From: Salpingoeca rosetta
Taxonomy: Eukaryota; Protista; Choanoflagellata
NCBI GenBank assembly: GCA_033442325.1
Contig: JAWQFM010000024.1
Coordinates: 409,436 to 473,435, forward strand
Length of the DNA: 64,000 bases
Direction: 5' to 3'
The notes beneath the pieces are model-generated. The model ran no database searches, had not been told where the DNA came from, and saw only the letters and a list, made by a program, of their open reading frames with translations. The position numbers and the translations under genes are program-made. Positions 1 to 27,138 of the stretch are shown here, piece by piece; position 1 is the stretch's first letter, and the number at the start of each line of letters is the position of its first letter.

Positions 1-924
1 GTCTGTGCGGTGTTCGTCCTCTTGTGTGTCCTGCTGCGCTGTGTCCTGTTCGCTGCCTTTCCTTGCTTGGCCCTCGCCGCTTCTGTCTTTCCCTCTTCCC
101 TGTTGTCCGCCCTGATCTCCTCCTTCCCCGCCCCCGTCCGCGTGCTGCTCCTGCGGCTCGTGGTAGGTGATGATGCTGGTGGCCATGACGACTTGGGAGA
201 CAAAGGCGAAGAGGCCCGCGGCAAGGATGACGCCGCGGAAGGTGGATGACGGGAAGAAGAGTGCCAGGATGAGCGGCAGCGTGGGCAGGGCGAGGGAGAG
301 CGCAAACAGCGTCCAGCTGAAGATCTGCAGGGACACGAAGCGCACGCCCCCGCGAAGCGGCTGGAACCACCGCCAGTGGTGCGAGAAGGCTGCCCGCCCG
401 CCAAGGGCGTAGGTGACGACGACCGAGGCGCTGATGCTGGCGATGAGCAGCGAGGCCAGCGCGTGCACAAGCAGAGACTCCCCATACACGACATCCATAA
501 TGCCGATGCCAAGCAAGGCGATCATGGCAAACAGGAACCCGCCGCCAAGGATGAGGAACGTCAGGTTCGCGCGGCGTTCATCAAACAGCTCCTCTTCCTC
601 CTCTGCCTCTTCGACCTTCTCCTCCTCGCGTTCAGCGCCCTCCTTGCGGTGTGTCCTGGCTGCTTGCTTCATCTTGATCTTGCCCTCTTTGCTCTTTCGT
701 TGCTGGTCGTCATGGTGGTGGTGGAGCGGTGCCTGCTGTGGTTCCTGCTGTGGTGGCTGCCGCCGTTGCTCCAACTTGCCCTCCACCTCATCGTCAAACC
801 CCTCTTCCTCCTCATCTTCCTCCGGGCCGACCAACACAGGTGGGTGCAGCTCGTAGGTGCTCCGTCTCCTCTCATGCCGCCTGCCGCCCTGGCGTTGCTG
901 CTGCGGTTGTCGGTTCGTCATCAT
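1..924 (-). CDS. Multi-pass membrane protein, 5' part only (runs off the left edge); possibly the N-terminal membrane region of an extended DGAT2-like acyltransferase
   Basis: Open minus-strand frame from ATG at 924 (MMTNRQPQQQRQGG...). An acidic N-terminus is followed by about four hydrophobic helices (LTFLILGGGFLFAMIALLGIGIM; LLVHALASLLIASISASVVVTYAL; LQIFSWTLFALSLALPTLPLILALFF; GVILAAGLFAFVSQVVMATSII) and the motif WRWFQPLRGGVRFVSLQIFSW. No stop before position 1, so it is absent from the ORF track. The DGAT2 link is recollection only. Confidence 0.6.
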   Translation of the reverse strand, partial: MMTNRQPQQQRQGGRRHERRRSTYELHPPVLVGPEEDEEEEGFDDEVEGKLEQRRQPPQQEPQQAPLHHHHDDQQRKSKEGKIKMKQAARTHRKEGAEREEEKVEEAEEEEELFDERRANLTFLILGGGFLFAMIALLGIGIMDVVYGESLLVHALASLLIASISASVVVTYALGGRAAFSHHWRWFQPLRGGVRFVSLQIFSWTLFALSLALPTLPLILALFFPSSTFRGVILAAGLFAFVSQVVMATSIITYHEPQEQHADGGGEGGDQGGQQGRGKDRSGEGQARKGSEQDTAQQDTQEDEHRTD

Positions 925-1589
925 CCTCGCACCAGCAGCAAGCAGTGATGTGACGAGTCGTTCAGTTGCTTCTTGTTGTTGTTGTGGGTGATTTGTCAGC
1001 AAAGTTTTTGATGCGGTCAACGATGACAACAATATCACCCGACGCGCCAAGCAACTGTGGCACACACTAGCAATGTTGAGATGGGAGCCTCCTGCCCTCC
1101 CCTCCCCTCTACCCACACCCACACACCCACACACCCACACACCCACACCACGAATCGAATCAGTTCAGTGGTCCATTCATTGCTGTTCAAAACAAGAGGG
1201 AGGATCATCATGATGTTGGGTTTGGTGTCGTGTGGAGTCGGTTAAAACAGAAACGGATGTGGGGGCGGGTGTGTGTGAATGAGGGAAGGAGGGAACGTGG
1301 TCGCCATGCCACACAAGCAACACCATGCAAGCAGGAAAGGTGCAAGCAGTACGCGCGGCACACACGAACAGATAGAAGGAGGGAACCAATGGAAAGGAAA
1401 ACAGTGGGGGAAAGGAAAGCGTGCTAACACAGGCAAGGCGGCTGGGATGGAGAGGTTGATTGCGGGCAGCAGAAAGGCAAAGCTGCTTGATGGTCGTGTA
1501 GAAAAAGAGAGGGAAGGCATGTGAGTGTGTGTGTGTGTGTGTATGACCGTGTCAGTCTCACGTCACGGGGACCAGCGACGAGCGCAAGT

Positions 1590-2936
1590 TTAGTGGAGGC
1601 TGTACGCTTCGTCGTTGGTGGCGGCGGCAGCATCGCCGTCGTCGTTGACCAGCTTCTGGGCAAGGCGGCCGCGCTTGGCACGCTCGCGGCGCGACATGCC
1701 AACAAACACGGCGACGCACACGCACATGGTCACGAGCGCGGTGCCGGCAACAATGAGGCCGATGCTGGTGGTGCTGAGGACGTGGCCGTCGTGGCTGGAG
1801 GCGCCCGATGCGTCCTTGGAGCCCTCCTCCAGCACGGCGGTGTAGGTGTTCTCCGCAGCAACGGCCATGGCGAAACGCGGCTGCCACTCCTGGGCAGTGG
1901 ACGGGTCAATCTGGGAGCCCTCCGGGCCGCAGTCGGGATCCCAGGCGCCGCAGCCGAGGTCGCAGCCGTCGCTGCCGTTGTAGAAGGTGGCGGGGCACTC
2001 CCAGGTGATGTTGGAAGGCACGTAGTCGATGTGCTGGTCGAGGTCGTAGTGGATGTCCTCGGCGGCGTCGCTGCAGTCGGGATCAAAGGCGCCGCAGCCG
2101 ACGTCGCAGCCGTCGTGGGAGCCGTAGAAGGCCGGGTCGCAGTGCCAGGAGGCGGGTGGCTGGGCGGCAATCTCGCGGCGGCGGCGGGACAGCGTGTTGA
2201 TGCAGCGGCCAACGCCCTGGCCCATCTCGAAGCTGTTGAAGCCGTGCTGGCGGTACGTGTTCCACAGGCCGCCGCAGTTGCGGGCAATGGAGGACGCGCG
2301 AAGGACAAGGCGGGCGGCCTGCCACACGCGGCGGACCCAGCCAATCGGGGAGTTGTTGGTGGCCGCGGAGATGCAGTTGACAATGGTGCTGGCCAGGTTG
2401 TGGATGACGTCGAGCATGGTGCCGGCGCCGGCGGTGAAGAGGCGGTAGAGGTCACGGGCCGTGGACACGGCGTTGCGCACGCAGTTCCACCAGCCACCGG
2501 TCACCTCATTGATGATGCTGTTCACGTCCGTCTGCCCATCCGCGAGCGCGTTGAGCAGGCCACGGAAGAAGGTGTCGTCGTGCGCAGAGCGCTGGCGCGT
2601 GGTGGACACGGCAGTGGTGATCTGGATGGTGCGGTTGAGGACGGCCTTCTCCAGGCGCACAATGTCAATGTGCTCCACGTCGCCGCTGGAGGCGGCATCG
2701 TCAGCGGCACACATGTACAGCACCGTGTGCTCCAGGGACTTGAGAATCTTGGGGTGGACGTGGGCAATGTTGTGGAACGGCACGACCTCGAGGGCGTGCG
2801 TTGCGTTGACGTACTGGGCAGCAGTGGGCAGCTGGCCATCCATCAGCATGTCCGTGCAGCGGTCCAGGTTCAGGCCGCTGGACACCACGGCCAGCGATGC
2901 CCCAAGCACTAGGGCCAGGACAACAGACACCTTCAT
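1590..2936 (-). CDS. Intronless type I membrane protein (448 aa) with two Cys-rich W-x-C...DGCDxGCGAxDPDC repeats
   Basis: Within ORF 1590..3293. The likely start is MKVSVVLALVLGASLAVVSSG (signal peptide, ATG at 2936). Repeats WHCDPAFYGSHDGCDVGCGAFDPDC and WECPATFYNGSDGCDLGCGAWDPDC precede a TM helix IGLIVAGTALVTMCVCVAVFVGM, a basic stop-transfer segment and a short tail. Strong GC3 codon bias. Confidence 0.85.
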   Translation of the reverse strand: MKVSVVLALVLGASLAVVSSGLNLDRCTDMLMDGQLPTAAQYVNATHALEVVPFHNIAHVHPKILKSLEHTVLYMCAADDAASSGDVEHIDIVRLEKAVLNRTIQITTAVSTTRQRSAHDDTFFRGLLNALADGQTDVNSIINEVTGGWWNCVRNAVSTARDLYRLFTAGAGTMLDVIHNLASTIVNCISAATNNSPIGWVRRVWQAARLVLRASSIARNCGGLWNTYRQHGFNSFEMGQGVGRCINTLSRRRREIAAQPPASWHCDPAFYGSHDGCDVGCGAFDPDCSDAAEDIHYDLDQHIDYVPSNITWECPATFYNGSDGCDLGCGAWDPDCGPEGSQIDPSTAQEWQPRFAMAVAAENTYTAVLEEGSKDASGASSHDGHVLSTTSIGLIVAGTALVTMCVCVAVFVGMSRRERAKRGRLAQKLVNDDGDAAAATNDEAYSLH

Positions 2937-3231
2937 CTTCAACGGTGGTGGTTGGTTTGTTTGGTGTGTGATGTGGAAAGGAGGCTGGCTGGCTGGCTGG
3001 CTGGCTGGCTGCTGCACCAACGTCGGATATGGCGTTGGGGTTGGCGAGGTGGGAAAATGAGCCGGGCACTTTGTCTGCGACGCTGCTCTTGGAACCCAAC
3101 TGCGCAGGATTGAAGAAATTTGGATAAAATCTTTCAACAAGAAAGGGTAATCAAATTGTGATGCCGCTTTATCATTGACGGTTGAAAAGACCTTCAAGGA
3201 GAAACGAAGTGTGTGGAAGCCAACGACGACG

Positions 3232-3620
3232 ATGAAGAGGAGGGGTTGTTCTGCGTGGCTTGTGGTTGGCAGCGTGCTGGTGGCCATCAACATTGGCGTG
3301 TGCTTGTATGCGTGGGCGACGCTGATGCCACAGGGTGGTGGTGGTGGTGGTGGAAGAAGCAGTAGGGATTTGGGTGTTGACGGGGACAGGAGAGGAAACC
3401 GTGCAGGTGATCCAAGATGGGAGCAGCAAAGTAATGGTGGACAAGGGCAGCTGGAACAGCTCCCACGTCATGGTTACCGTGGCCGTCACACGAAGCGGGT
3501 TGTTGTGGCACATGACAGGGGTGACGAAGACGACGATGACCTCATGCGTGCATGGAGGCAGCTTTTAACCGACAACCAGGCTCAGCCAAAGCAGCACACC
3601 GTCGAAGTTTGGTGTAAGTC

Positions 3621-3701
<81 letters not shown>

Positions 3702-4902
3702 CTTGCGTTCTTGTGAGTGAGCGAGTTTGCGAGTGAGTGAGTGGGTGTTTGATACTTGGTGCACCATTGCGGGACGATGCATGCAGGCAAGCAGATCAGC
3801 GTGTTGATATGGATGGTGTTGTTCGCGTCACTGAGTGGCAGCAGTACGAAGTTGGCACGTTGAAATGGTTCACAAGCTCAGCAACTCCCACTCACTCACA
3901 CATTGCTTACTCCCACTCACTCACGTACACACACCCATTCACACACACATCACTCACACATTGCTTACTCCCACTCACTCAGCAACTGCACACACCCACT
4001 CACTCACACACACTTACTCGCACACACGCACACACACAGCGAAAGCTGCCATTGGGACGTACTTTCAGGAACACATCATGCAGACGGTAATTGAACCGCG
4101 ACTAAACGGTGTGTGGTTCTTCAGCCAAGGCCAATGTCCACGTGTCAAGCTCAACTTCCGTAGCGGGCCTGGCGTCATTCCACAAAAAGTGCCCCACAAT
4201 GCAAAACATGGTGCGTGCACGCATGCACGTGTGTGTATATGTCAATGTGTGTATGTGTGTGAGGAACTGTGTGAGTGAGTGAATGAGTTGGAGCATGAGT
4301 GAATGAGTGTGAGCGTGAGTGTGCGAGCATCTCTCTCTCTCTCTCTCTGGCTCGCTCGTTCTCTCTCTCTGTCTCCCCCCCCCTCTCTCTCCCTCTATGT
4401 TTTGCGGCAAGAAGGCTCAGATCTCATCGCGGGTGCACGTGTTGATGCTTGTGCGGGCATGTGGCATGCGCGACACCCTCCATGCTGTCATTTGCTTGCT
4501 TGCATTGTAGTGGTGCTCATTCTCAACGGACACAATGAGGAAAAGATACCCACGGCAAAGCAATGGCTGGACCTGCTGCCACAATTGCCACACCTCGAGG
4601 TTGTGCCACTGCACGCTTTCTCCCTGTGTATTGCATGATGTGTTGTGTTGGCGCTTCTTCTCACTGAACGGGCGTTGTGCTTCTTCCCTGGCTCATGCCG
4701 CGGCTTTGCGCTTTGATCTGGATCAGGCGGTTGGTTTGGTGGTCCTGGCTCAGGAAGACTGCACCAACCACTGGCTTCGCCCGTACTTGGAAGACGAAGG
4801 TCGCTTTAAGATCAAGTTTGCCTTCATGGTCTACGGAGGCAAGGTGTGTGTGTGTGTATGTGTGTGTGCGTGTGTGTGTGTGCGTGTGTGTATGCGTGTA
4901 TG

Positions 4903-4963
<61 letters not shown>

Positions 4964-6551
4964 ACTGGCTGTGTGTGTGTGAGTGTCGCGTTATGCTCGT
5001 GAATTGTGTTGGGTGTCTTGCCATCCCGCCTTACTCACGCGCTTCCCCCACACTCACACTCACGCACTCACGCACCCCCCCCCCTCAACTTCCACCGTCA
5101 ATGTTGCTTTGCTTTACTTTCGGCAGGATTGGGTGGATGGTGTGCGCGTGCAGCAGTGGCCACTTGGCGTCGCCACGTATCGCAAGTTCCCGCGCGCCAT
5201 CAATTACCTCGCTGCTGTCGGCCCAAACCCAAACATCACCATCACCGCAGTTCGCAAGACTCGACGCAAGTACCTCTGCAACCTCCAGGCAACGGTGCGC
5301 TGTGGTATGCTGTCGTGCACTCTTGTAATGTACGTCGTGTCGTGTTGCGTATTCGTGCATGCAGGCAGGCGACACATTGACCCAATCGCGTGAAACTCAT
5401 ATCATTCTCCCCACCTACACTGTGACCACTAACAGATTTACGAGGGTTCTTCTCGCGAAACACTGCTGCAAGTGCTGCGAGCAAGTGGCTTGGCAAAAGA
5501 CTGTTTCATCAACGTGAGGCGCGTGCGCGTGTTGAGTGGAGTGGAGTGGAGTGGAGTTGAGTTAAGTTGAGTTGGGGCGAGTTGGGTGGAGTTGAGTTGA
5601 GTTGAGTTGAGTTGAGTTGTGTACGTGTGCGTGCGTGACGCCTCAACATGGAGACATGGGCAACTTGGTGTATTTTGTTTCATTGCTGTGGTTTGTATCA
5701 CGTCATGTATCTTGGACGACAGGCACGGACACAGTGGCTTCCCAACGAGACGCCAGAGACTGCCGAGGAGTACAAGCAGATGCTTCTAGAGAGCGAATAC
5801 ACATTGGCTCCGGCAGGCCTAAACACAGAGTACGAGCATGCATGTGTGATGCTGTGCGTGATGTGATGTGATAAGGTCGGACATGTGTCGCTGTCGGCCC
5901 TCGTTTGCTCATGCCGACAAACACACACAAACACACACACACAAACACACACACGCGCGCACGCACATCCTTGCATGCGTGCTTGAAGGTGTTATCGATG
6001 GTATGAGGCAGCCGCAGCGGGCAGCACGCCAATTGTGGAGGACGTGATCCAACCAAAGACGTGTGGGCGCGATCCCCTCGCCCTTCTCAAGGTGTGTAGA
6101 CATCTGTCTAACAAGCCAGAAAGGACGATATGCTGGCATGCTGCTGTCCCATCCGCGCCAGCTCTTACCTCCAAACACACACACACATACACACACTATC
6201 TTGGTTACTGCAGGAGCTTGAGGCGCCATTCATTTATGTGAAGGACTGGAGAGATTTACCAGCAGTGCTGGAGCGGGAGCAGAGGAAGACACCACAACAG
6301 CTGTTTCAACAGCGGTACGTCAAACGAAACAACGGCGTGCATAGTGTGTTGTATCCACGCGGGTGCTGGAGCACATGCTGCACCCCCTATCTTGTACCTT
6401 ACACGCACAGCACTCATCACGGTACCATTGCTTTCTGCTGCACACAACCGCACCGCGCAGGGTTGCGCTGGTGACTTGGTATGAGGACTTCAAAGTGCGC
6501 ATGCGTGGCCGCTTTTGCTCAACATTGGCACACGCATTTGGTTTACATTAG
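3232..6551 (+). CDS. RXYLT1: Ribitol-5-phosphate xylosyltransferase 1 (TMEM5) homolog, type II membrane glycosyltransferase, 10 exons
   Basis: Exons about 3232-3613, 4040-4210, 4511-4599, 4727-4843, 5127-5294, 5436-5513, 5723-5829, 5989-6091, 6214-6314 and 6461-6551 splice in frame. They give an N-terminal TM and VEVWSKAAIG, GPGVIP, VVLILNG, QWPLGVATYRKFP, RKYLCN, TLAPAGLNTECYRWYEA..GSTPIVED and APFIYVKDW, collinear with human TMEM5 motifs as recalled (WSKAAIG, QWPLGVATYRNFP, GVNTECYRIYEA). Confidence 0.9.
3623..3699. repeat. (GT)n microsatellite, representative of dozens of intronic (GT)n/(CA)n tracts across the window
   Basis: Pure dinucleotide run. Similar tracts at e.g. 6815-6919, 8858-8929, 11687-11775, 16635-16757, 17338-17471, 33858-33946, 38626-38743, 49318-49502, 51552-51669, 57021-57100 and 60553-60650. 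Confidence 0.98.
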
Positions 6552-6808
6552 ACGAGTACATGAGCAGACTCAAAGGGTGAACGGCCCGTTTGGGCTTGTA
6601 GCGGTCACATCAATGGGAACTGAGAGGTTGAGCAAGAGATTGATTGGCTTGTGATGCTTGGTTGAAACGCGGGGCGGGCAAAGGTGGCATCGGTGGGCAT
6701 GCAAAGCAGACAGGCTGAAGGTGGCAAACAAACGAGTATACAGACAGACAGACAGACACCCACCCACCCACACCCACCCACCCACACCCACACACCCACA
6801 CACCCACA

Positions 6809-6922
<114 letters not shown>

Positions 6923-6923
6923 C

Positions 6924-8279
6924 TCAGCATCCAGGGTCGACGACGAGCACAACACTGGCGGCGCTTGGGATACCATAGACAAGACCGTTGGGGGCGAGCA
7001 CGCCACCGTGATACATACTTGTTCCCTCAATGGCACTGATGGTGGTGGTGTCAGTGGCGTTTGTCGTTGGATCAATGATGAGGACGGACGAGTCATCAAA
7101 CGGGATGCCGATGATGTTGCCGTTCGGCGCAACTACTCCTCGAGCCCATTTGGCCGAGTTTGTTGGATCTGCAACGAGGAGGTAACTCGTCGTGTTCGTG
7201 CGCGGGTCGATCACAAGCGACGCTCCAGAGTGTGCTGGAACCGTGTAGATCAGGCCGTTGCCTGCAAGCACGCCATCAAACCACTTGTACGGATTCGCGC
7301 CCAGCCCTTCGATTGCGGTGATGTCTATGCTGAGAGATGCTGGGTCGACGATGAGGACATTGCTGGCGGAGACTGGGATGCAGTAGATAAGACCGTTGTT
7401 CGCTTGTACACCGCCGTACCATTTGTATTTGTTCGCGGAAAGGTTGGACAGTGTCGTGAGGTCTACAACATTGGTCGTTGGATCGATGATCAGCACAGAG
7501 GTGGCGGAGTAGGGGATGCCAAAGATGAGGCCGTTGTCAGCTACAATCCCGCTGAGCCACTTCCCAGGCTCAATTCCAAGATCCTGAATGCTGGTGGTGT
7601 CGGCCATGTTGACTTTGGGGTCGATGATGAGCACTGTTGTCCTGTGTGACGGAAACATGTAGATGAAGCCATTGCCTGCCAATACCGCGCCAGCCCATTT
7701 GCTCGTGTCTGCGCCAAGCCCAGATATGGATGTTGTATCCACTGTGTTGGTGCGGGGGTCGATGATGAGAACAGTACTCGCAGAGTGCGGAGCAGCGTAG
7801 ATGAGCCCGTTGTTGGCCAGCACACCACCAACCCACTTGCTGTTTGCTGAACCAAGCTCTCCAAACTGCCTGGCTCGAACCTTCACCTGGCACAACTCTT
7901 TGATCGTGCTCTGCTGCGCTTCCAGAGCACGCTGCTGCGCCTCCAGAGCACTCTGTTGCGCTGTGTTGATGCTCCTCTCTGTGTCAAGCATGCTCTGTTG
8001 CGTGCGAATTGCGCTCTGCTGCATGCCGATGATGCTCTGCTGGGCAGCCAGCATGCCGTTCACGTCCACGCCGTTGACCAGCACGGGCTGGCTCAGCGGA
8101 TCGCTCGTGTTGATGTGCAGCGTGCCTGCGTCGTCCTCCACCAGCACCACCTCCCCTACACAGCACCAGCCATGCTGCTGCTGTTGCACAACAACAACAA
8201 GCGCCACCCAGCAGACACCCAGCAGTCTCAGTGGCAGCAGCGTGGGAGTCTGCCCCAGTGTCCTCTTCCTCAGCGTCAT
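6924..8279 (-). CDS. Intronless secreted protein: signal peptide, short coiled coil, seven ~46-aa KWxGGVLAxNGxIYxxPxxAxxVLIIDP repeats (probable 7-blade beta-propeller)
   Basis: Within ORF 6924..8447, likely ATG at 8279 (MTLRKRT...LLGVCWVALVVVV). Segment LHINTSDPLSQPVLVNGVDV is followed by a heptad-like QQS/A-rich stretch, then 7 countable repeats ending in VLVVDPGC*. Confidence 0.85.
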   Translation of the reverse strand: MTLRKRTLGQTPTLLPLRLLGVCWVALVVVVQQQQHGWCCVGEVVLVEDDAGTLHINTSDPLSQPVLVNGVDVNGMLAAQQSIIGMQQSAIRTQQSMLDTERSINTAQQSALEAQQRALEAQQSTIKELCQVKVRARQFGELGSANSKWVGGVLANNGLIYAAPHSASTVLIIDPRTNTVDTTSISGLGADTSKWAGAVLAGNGFIYMFPSHRTTVLIIDPKVNMADTTSIQDLGIEPGKWLSGIVADNGLIFGIPYSATSVLIIDPTTNVVDLTTLSNLSANKYKWYGGVQANNGLIYCIPVSASNVLIVDPASLSIDITAIEGLGANPYKWFDGVLAGNGLIYTVPAHSGASLVIDPRTNTTSYLLVADPTNSAKWARGVVAPNGNIIGIPFDDSSVLIIDPTTNATDTTTISAIEGTSMYHGGVLAPNGLVYGIPSAASVVLVVDPGC

Positions 8280-8432
8280 GTCCTTGCTCCAAGCCCAAGC
8301 AAAGAACAGAGAGAAAAGCGAAGCAAGCGGAAATAAAGCACACGCACAAAGCAAAAGGAAGAAGAAGAAGAAGAAGAAGAAGAGGACGTTCACAACCGCA
8401 TCACACACACACACACAAAGCACCAGGGGGTG

Positions 8433-14450
<6,018 letters not shown>

Positions 14451-14620
14451 ACCAGCGCCACTCTGTTGGCTGCTTCTTGTCCTGCTTTTGCTTGTCTTGT
14501 CTTGTCAACTCAACTGCCTCAGTAAACATAAGCAAGGCAGCACGAACCGTTACATACAGTGAAAGAAGGACCACAACACAACAACCACAACAACCACAAC
14601 AACCACAACACACCACGACG

Positions 14621-18093
<3,473 letters not shown>

Positions 18094-18920
18094 CACCGTG
18101 TTGTGTCTGTCACCGCAACGTGTCACCACAACACCACTACATCAACCACGTTCCACATCTCATGTTGCTCTAACTTTTGTTACTTGCATCTCTACGCATA
18201 CACATTGCCTCTAGTTCTGTTGGTTCCGTTGTTTCTGTTGTTCTTTGAACGTGTATTTGGTGTTTCTGTTGTTCTTTGAATGTGTATTGGGTGGTGATGC
18301 CATCCAAACATGTTGGGCGACAGCACCGGACAAGGAGCAATAATGGCGGTAACATAACCAAAAGCAGTGAAAATGAACAATATGTAGAACAGGCAAGAAG
18401 ATGGTGGAATTGCGCATGCGCAGTTGTAGCGGACACCTGGAGGCACATCACATCATGCGCACGCTTGTAACGCAACCAAGCCTCAACCAATCCACCAATC
18501 AAATATTGGACGCAACATTGCATGCGATTCAAAACACAAAACGGGGCACGATTAAGCACAAACCAAAACGACACCTAGGAGCAGGGGCAGGAGCGTGCGT
18601 AGCCGCCAAATGCTTATACACACACACACACACGCAGACGAGTGCACACTCGCCTGCACATAAAGCACAGACGCAAACAAGGGAACAAAGTAGCGGTAAC
18701 ATGGTAGCATATATGCATGGGCAACAAGTAATTTACAGCTGGTGGACAATGCTGAGAACCAGTCCCAACAAACCGCGGTGACATAACACACGAAGTCCAT
18801 ACACACACACACACAGACACACACACACACACACACAGACACACAGACAGGCAGACAGACAGATAGACAGACACACACGCAAGCAAGCAAGGGAAAGCAG
18901 GAAGGCAAGTCTAAGCGACG

Positions 18921-24188
<5,268 letters not shown>

Positions 24189-24458
24189 CTCTGGCAGGGA
24201 GGACGACACACACTATGCTGGCCGCAACAGCTGCGGTCGATGCAAAAGGCAAGCGTCTGAGCGTGAGGGTGGACGTGGACGTGAAGCCACGCAAGGGAGG
24301 GCCGGGTTGTTGGTAAGTGAGTGACTTTGCGATGGGGTGCAGCACACAGGCAGAGGCAGAGGCAGAGGCAGAGGCAGAGGCAGAGGCAGACGTGTGCATA
24401 TCCAGAGGGGGACAGAGAGGGGCGCAGCAACAGCACACACCAGACAGAACGACGCCCA

Positions 24459-24516
<58 letters not shown>

Positions 24517-26111
24517 TCATGACATGCATGAGGCGGCAATCCAACCAGCTGATATGGGGGGATGACGCCGGGCTTGTGTGCACCCTAACGCTTGCAGAAG
24601 GGGAAACAACAGCGAAGAAGAAGACGCTCACGACAAAGGATAGTGGAGAGACAAGCGGGTGGCTTAGCGGCATGCACTCCAGAGGCACGCCGTGTGATTG
24701 TTGTGCGGATGCTTGTGATTCGTCCACCCTCCCTGCACCAGCGAACCAAGCAACCACCCCGCAGCGATCAAACACACACACAAAGATGACAAAATCGACG
24801 CTCACGCACGACCTTCGGCTGCTCGTGTCAGTGCAGGCGGACTGCACACATGCACGAAGCGAAGCGAAGCAAAGCAAGCCAGGTGTGTCTCCGCGAAGCG
24901 TGAGGCTCGCAGCTGAAGTAGCTGGTCTGGCGTGCCTTTGCCAGAGCAACGTGCCAAACCTCACCGCAACGGCCACCCTGCACCACCGCACCACAGAAAC
25001 CACGCTCCCTTTCGCTCTTCCTTTTGCTTGCTGGCGTATTTGCGTTTGCTATCCTCACCTTCGCTGCACCGAATGCCAGTGCCTTGACAGTGGAGGCGCA
25101 AGGCAACGTGAGGGGCAAAACAAGGCGGCGCGCGGAAACGGCATGCATCCCATGCATGCAACTTATGATGTCGCTGTACCGAAAAAGGGTTTCATGGTGT
25201 CGTGGTCGAGCCAGCGAGCGGATCGCTGCCTTCTGCCACTACCACCCCACCAGCAGTGCTTTCCTCCACTCACATTCATGTCGCATGTCACAACAGTATC
25301 CACCCACCCTGGTTTGCTTGCTCTCTTCACTTCTCGCTCTTGTTCTTCTTGTTCTTCTTCTGTTGCTGGTCTGCACGACAGCAGACAAACACACACACAC
25401 ACGCGCGCGCGCGCGCCCAGAGGAAAAAGGAGTGCGCGTCCACGAATAACAACACAACACGAAACAAACCGACAGCAGACACAAGAACGAAGAAGAGCTC
25501 ACGAATCGGCGACTCATGTCACACACATTTTACATTGCACAATATACTTGACACAACACACGGCTGAAGGTGTGGTCGACGGGGTGAGGACAACGTGGTG
25601 TGGTCGGATGCAGACATGGATGCGTACACGGATGCGTACATGGACGCATGCACCACCACCAAACAGATGAAAGTGTAGTAGTGGCGCTAACAACTGACGA
25701 TGCGACTAGCGTGTCACTACACCAGCGGAGAGAGAGACACATACATACGCATGCACACACGTACACGTACACACACACACACACACACGTGCCAGCAATG
25801 ACGACGACAACAAACAACAGCCATGCTCAACTCAAACACACCACGCCACCTGTCGTGATGGGACACCAAAACACAAGACACACAACACGCGACAACTACG
25901 GCAGTCGCACTGGACACGAAACAAAAAAGTTAGTCGGTTGCACAAGGGACAAGGGAGAGAGAAGAGGGAGAAAAGAGAAAAGAGACAAAGGGGAAGAAAT
26001 GGGGGGATGGATCAGAATGATCGCTCGAATGACTGCACCATTAAACACAACATCGCACAAACAAGAAAGCGTACACGAAAGAGAACATGGGACGTCCCTT
26101 CCTCCTGTTTC

Positions 26112-27138
<1,027 letters not shown>

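Noticed and set aside
1521-2912. 463-aa plus-strand ORF
   Set aside because: Antisense shadow of the GC3-rich minus-strand membrane protein gene; no independent protein features.
25024-25449. ORF with a signal-peptide-like start (LAGVFAFAILTFAAPNASA)
   Set aside because: Starts at a non-ATG codon, shows no coding bias or coherent splicing, and lies in the likely upstream region of the LHFPL-like gene.
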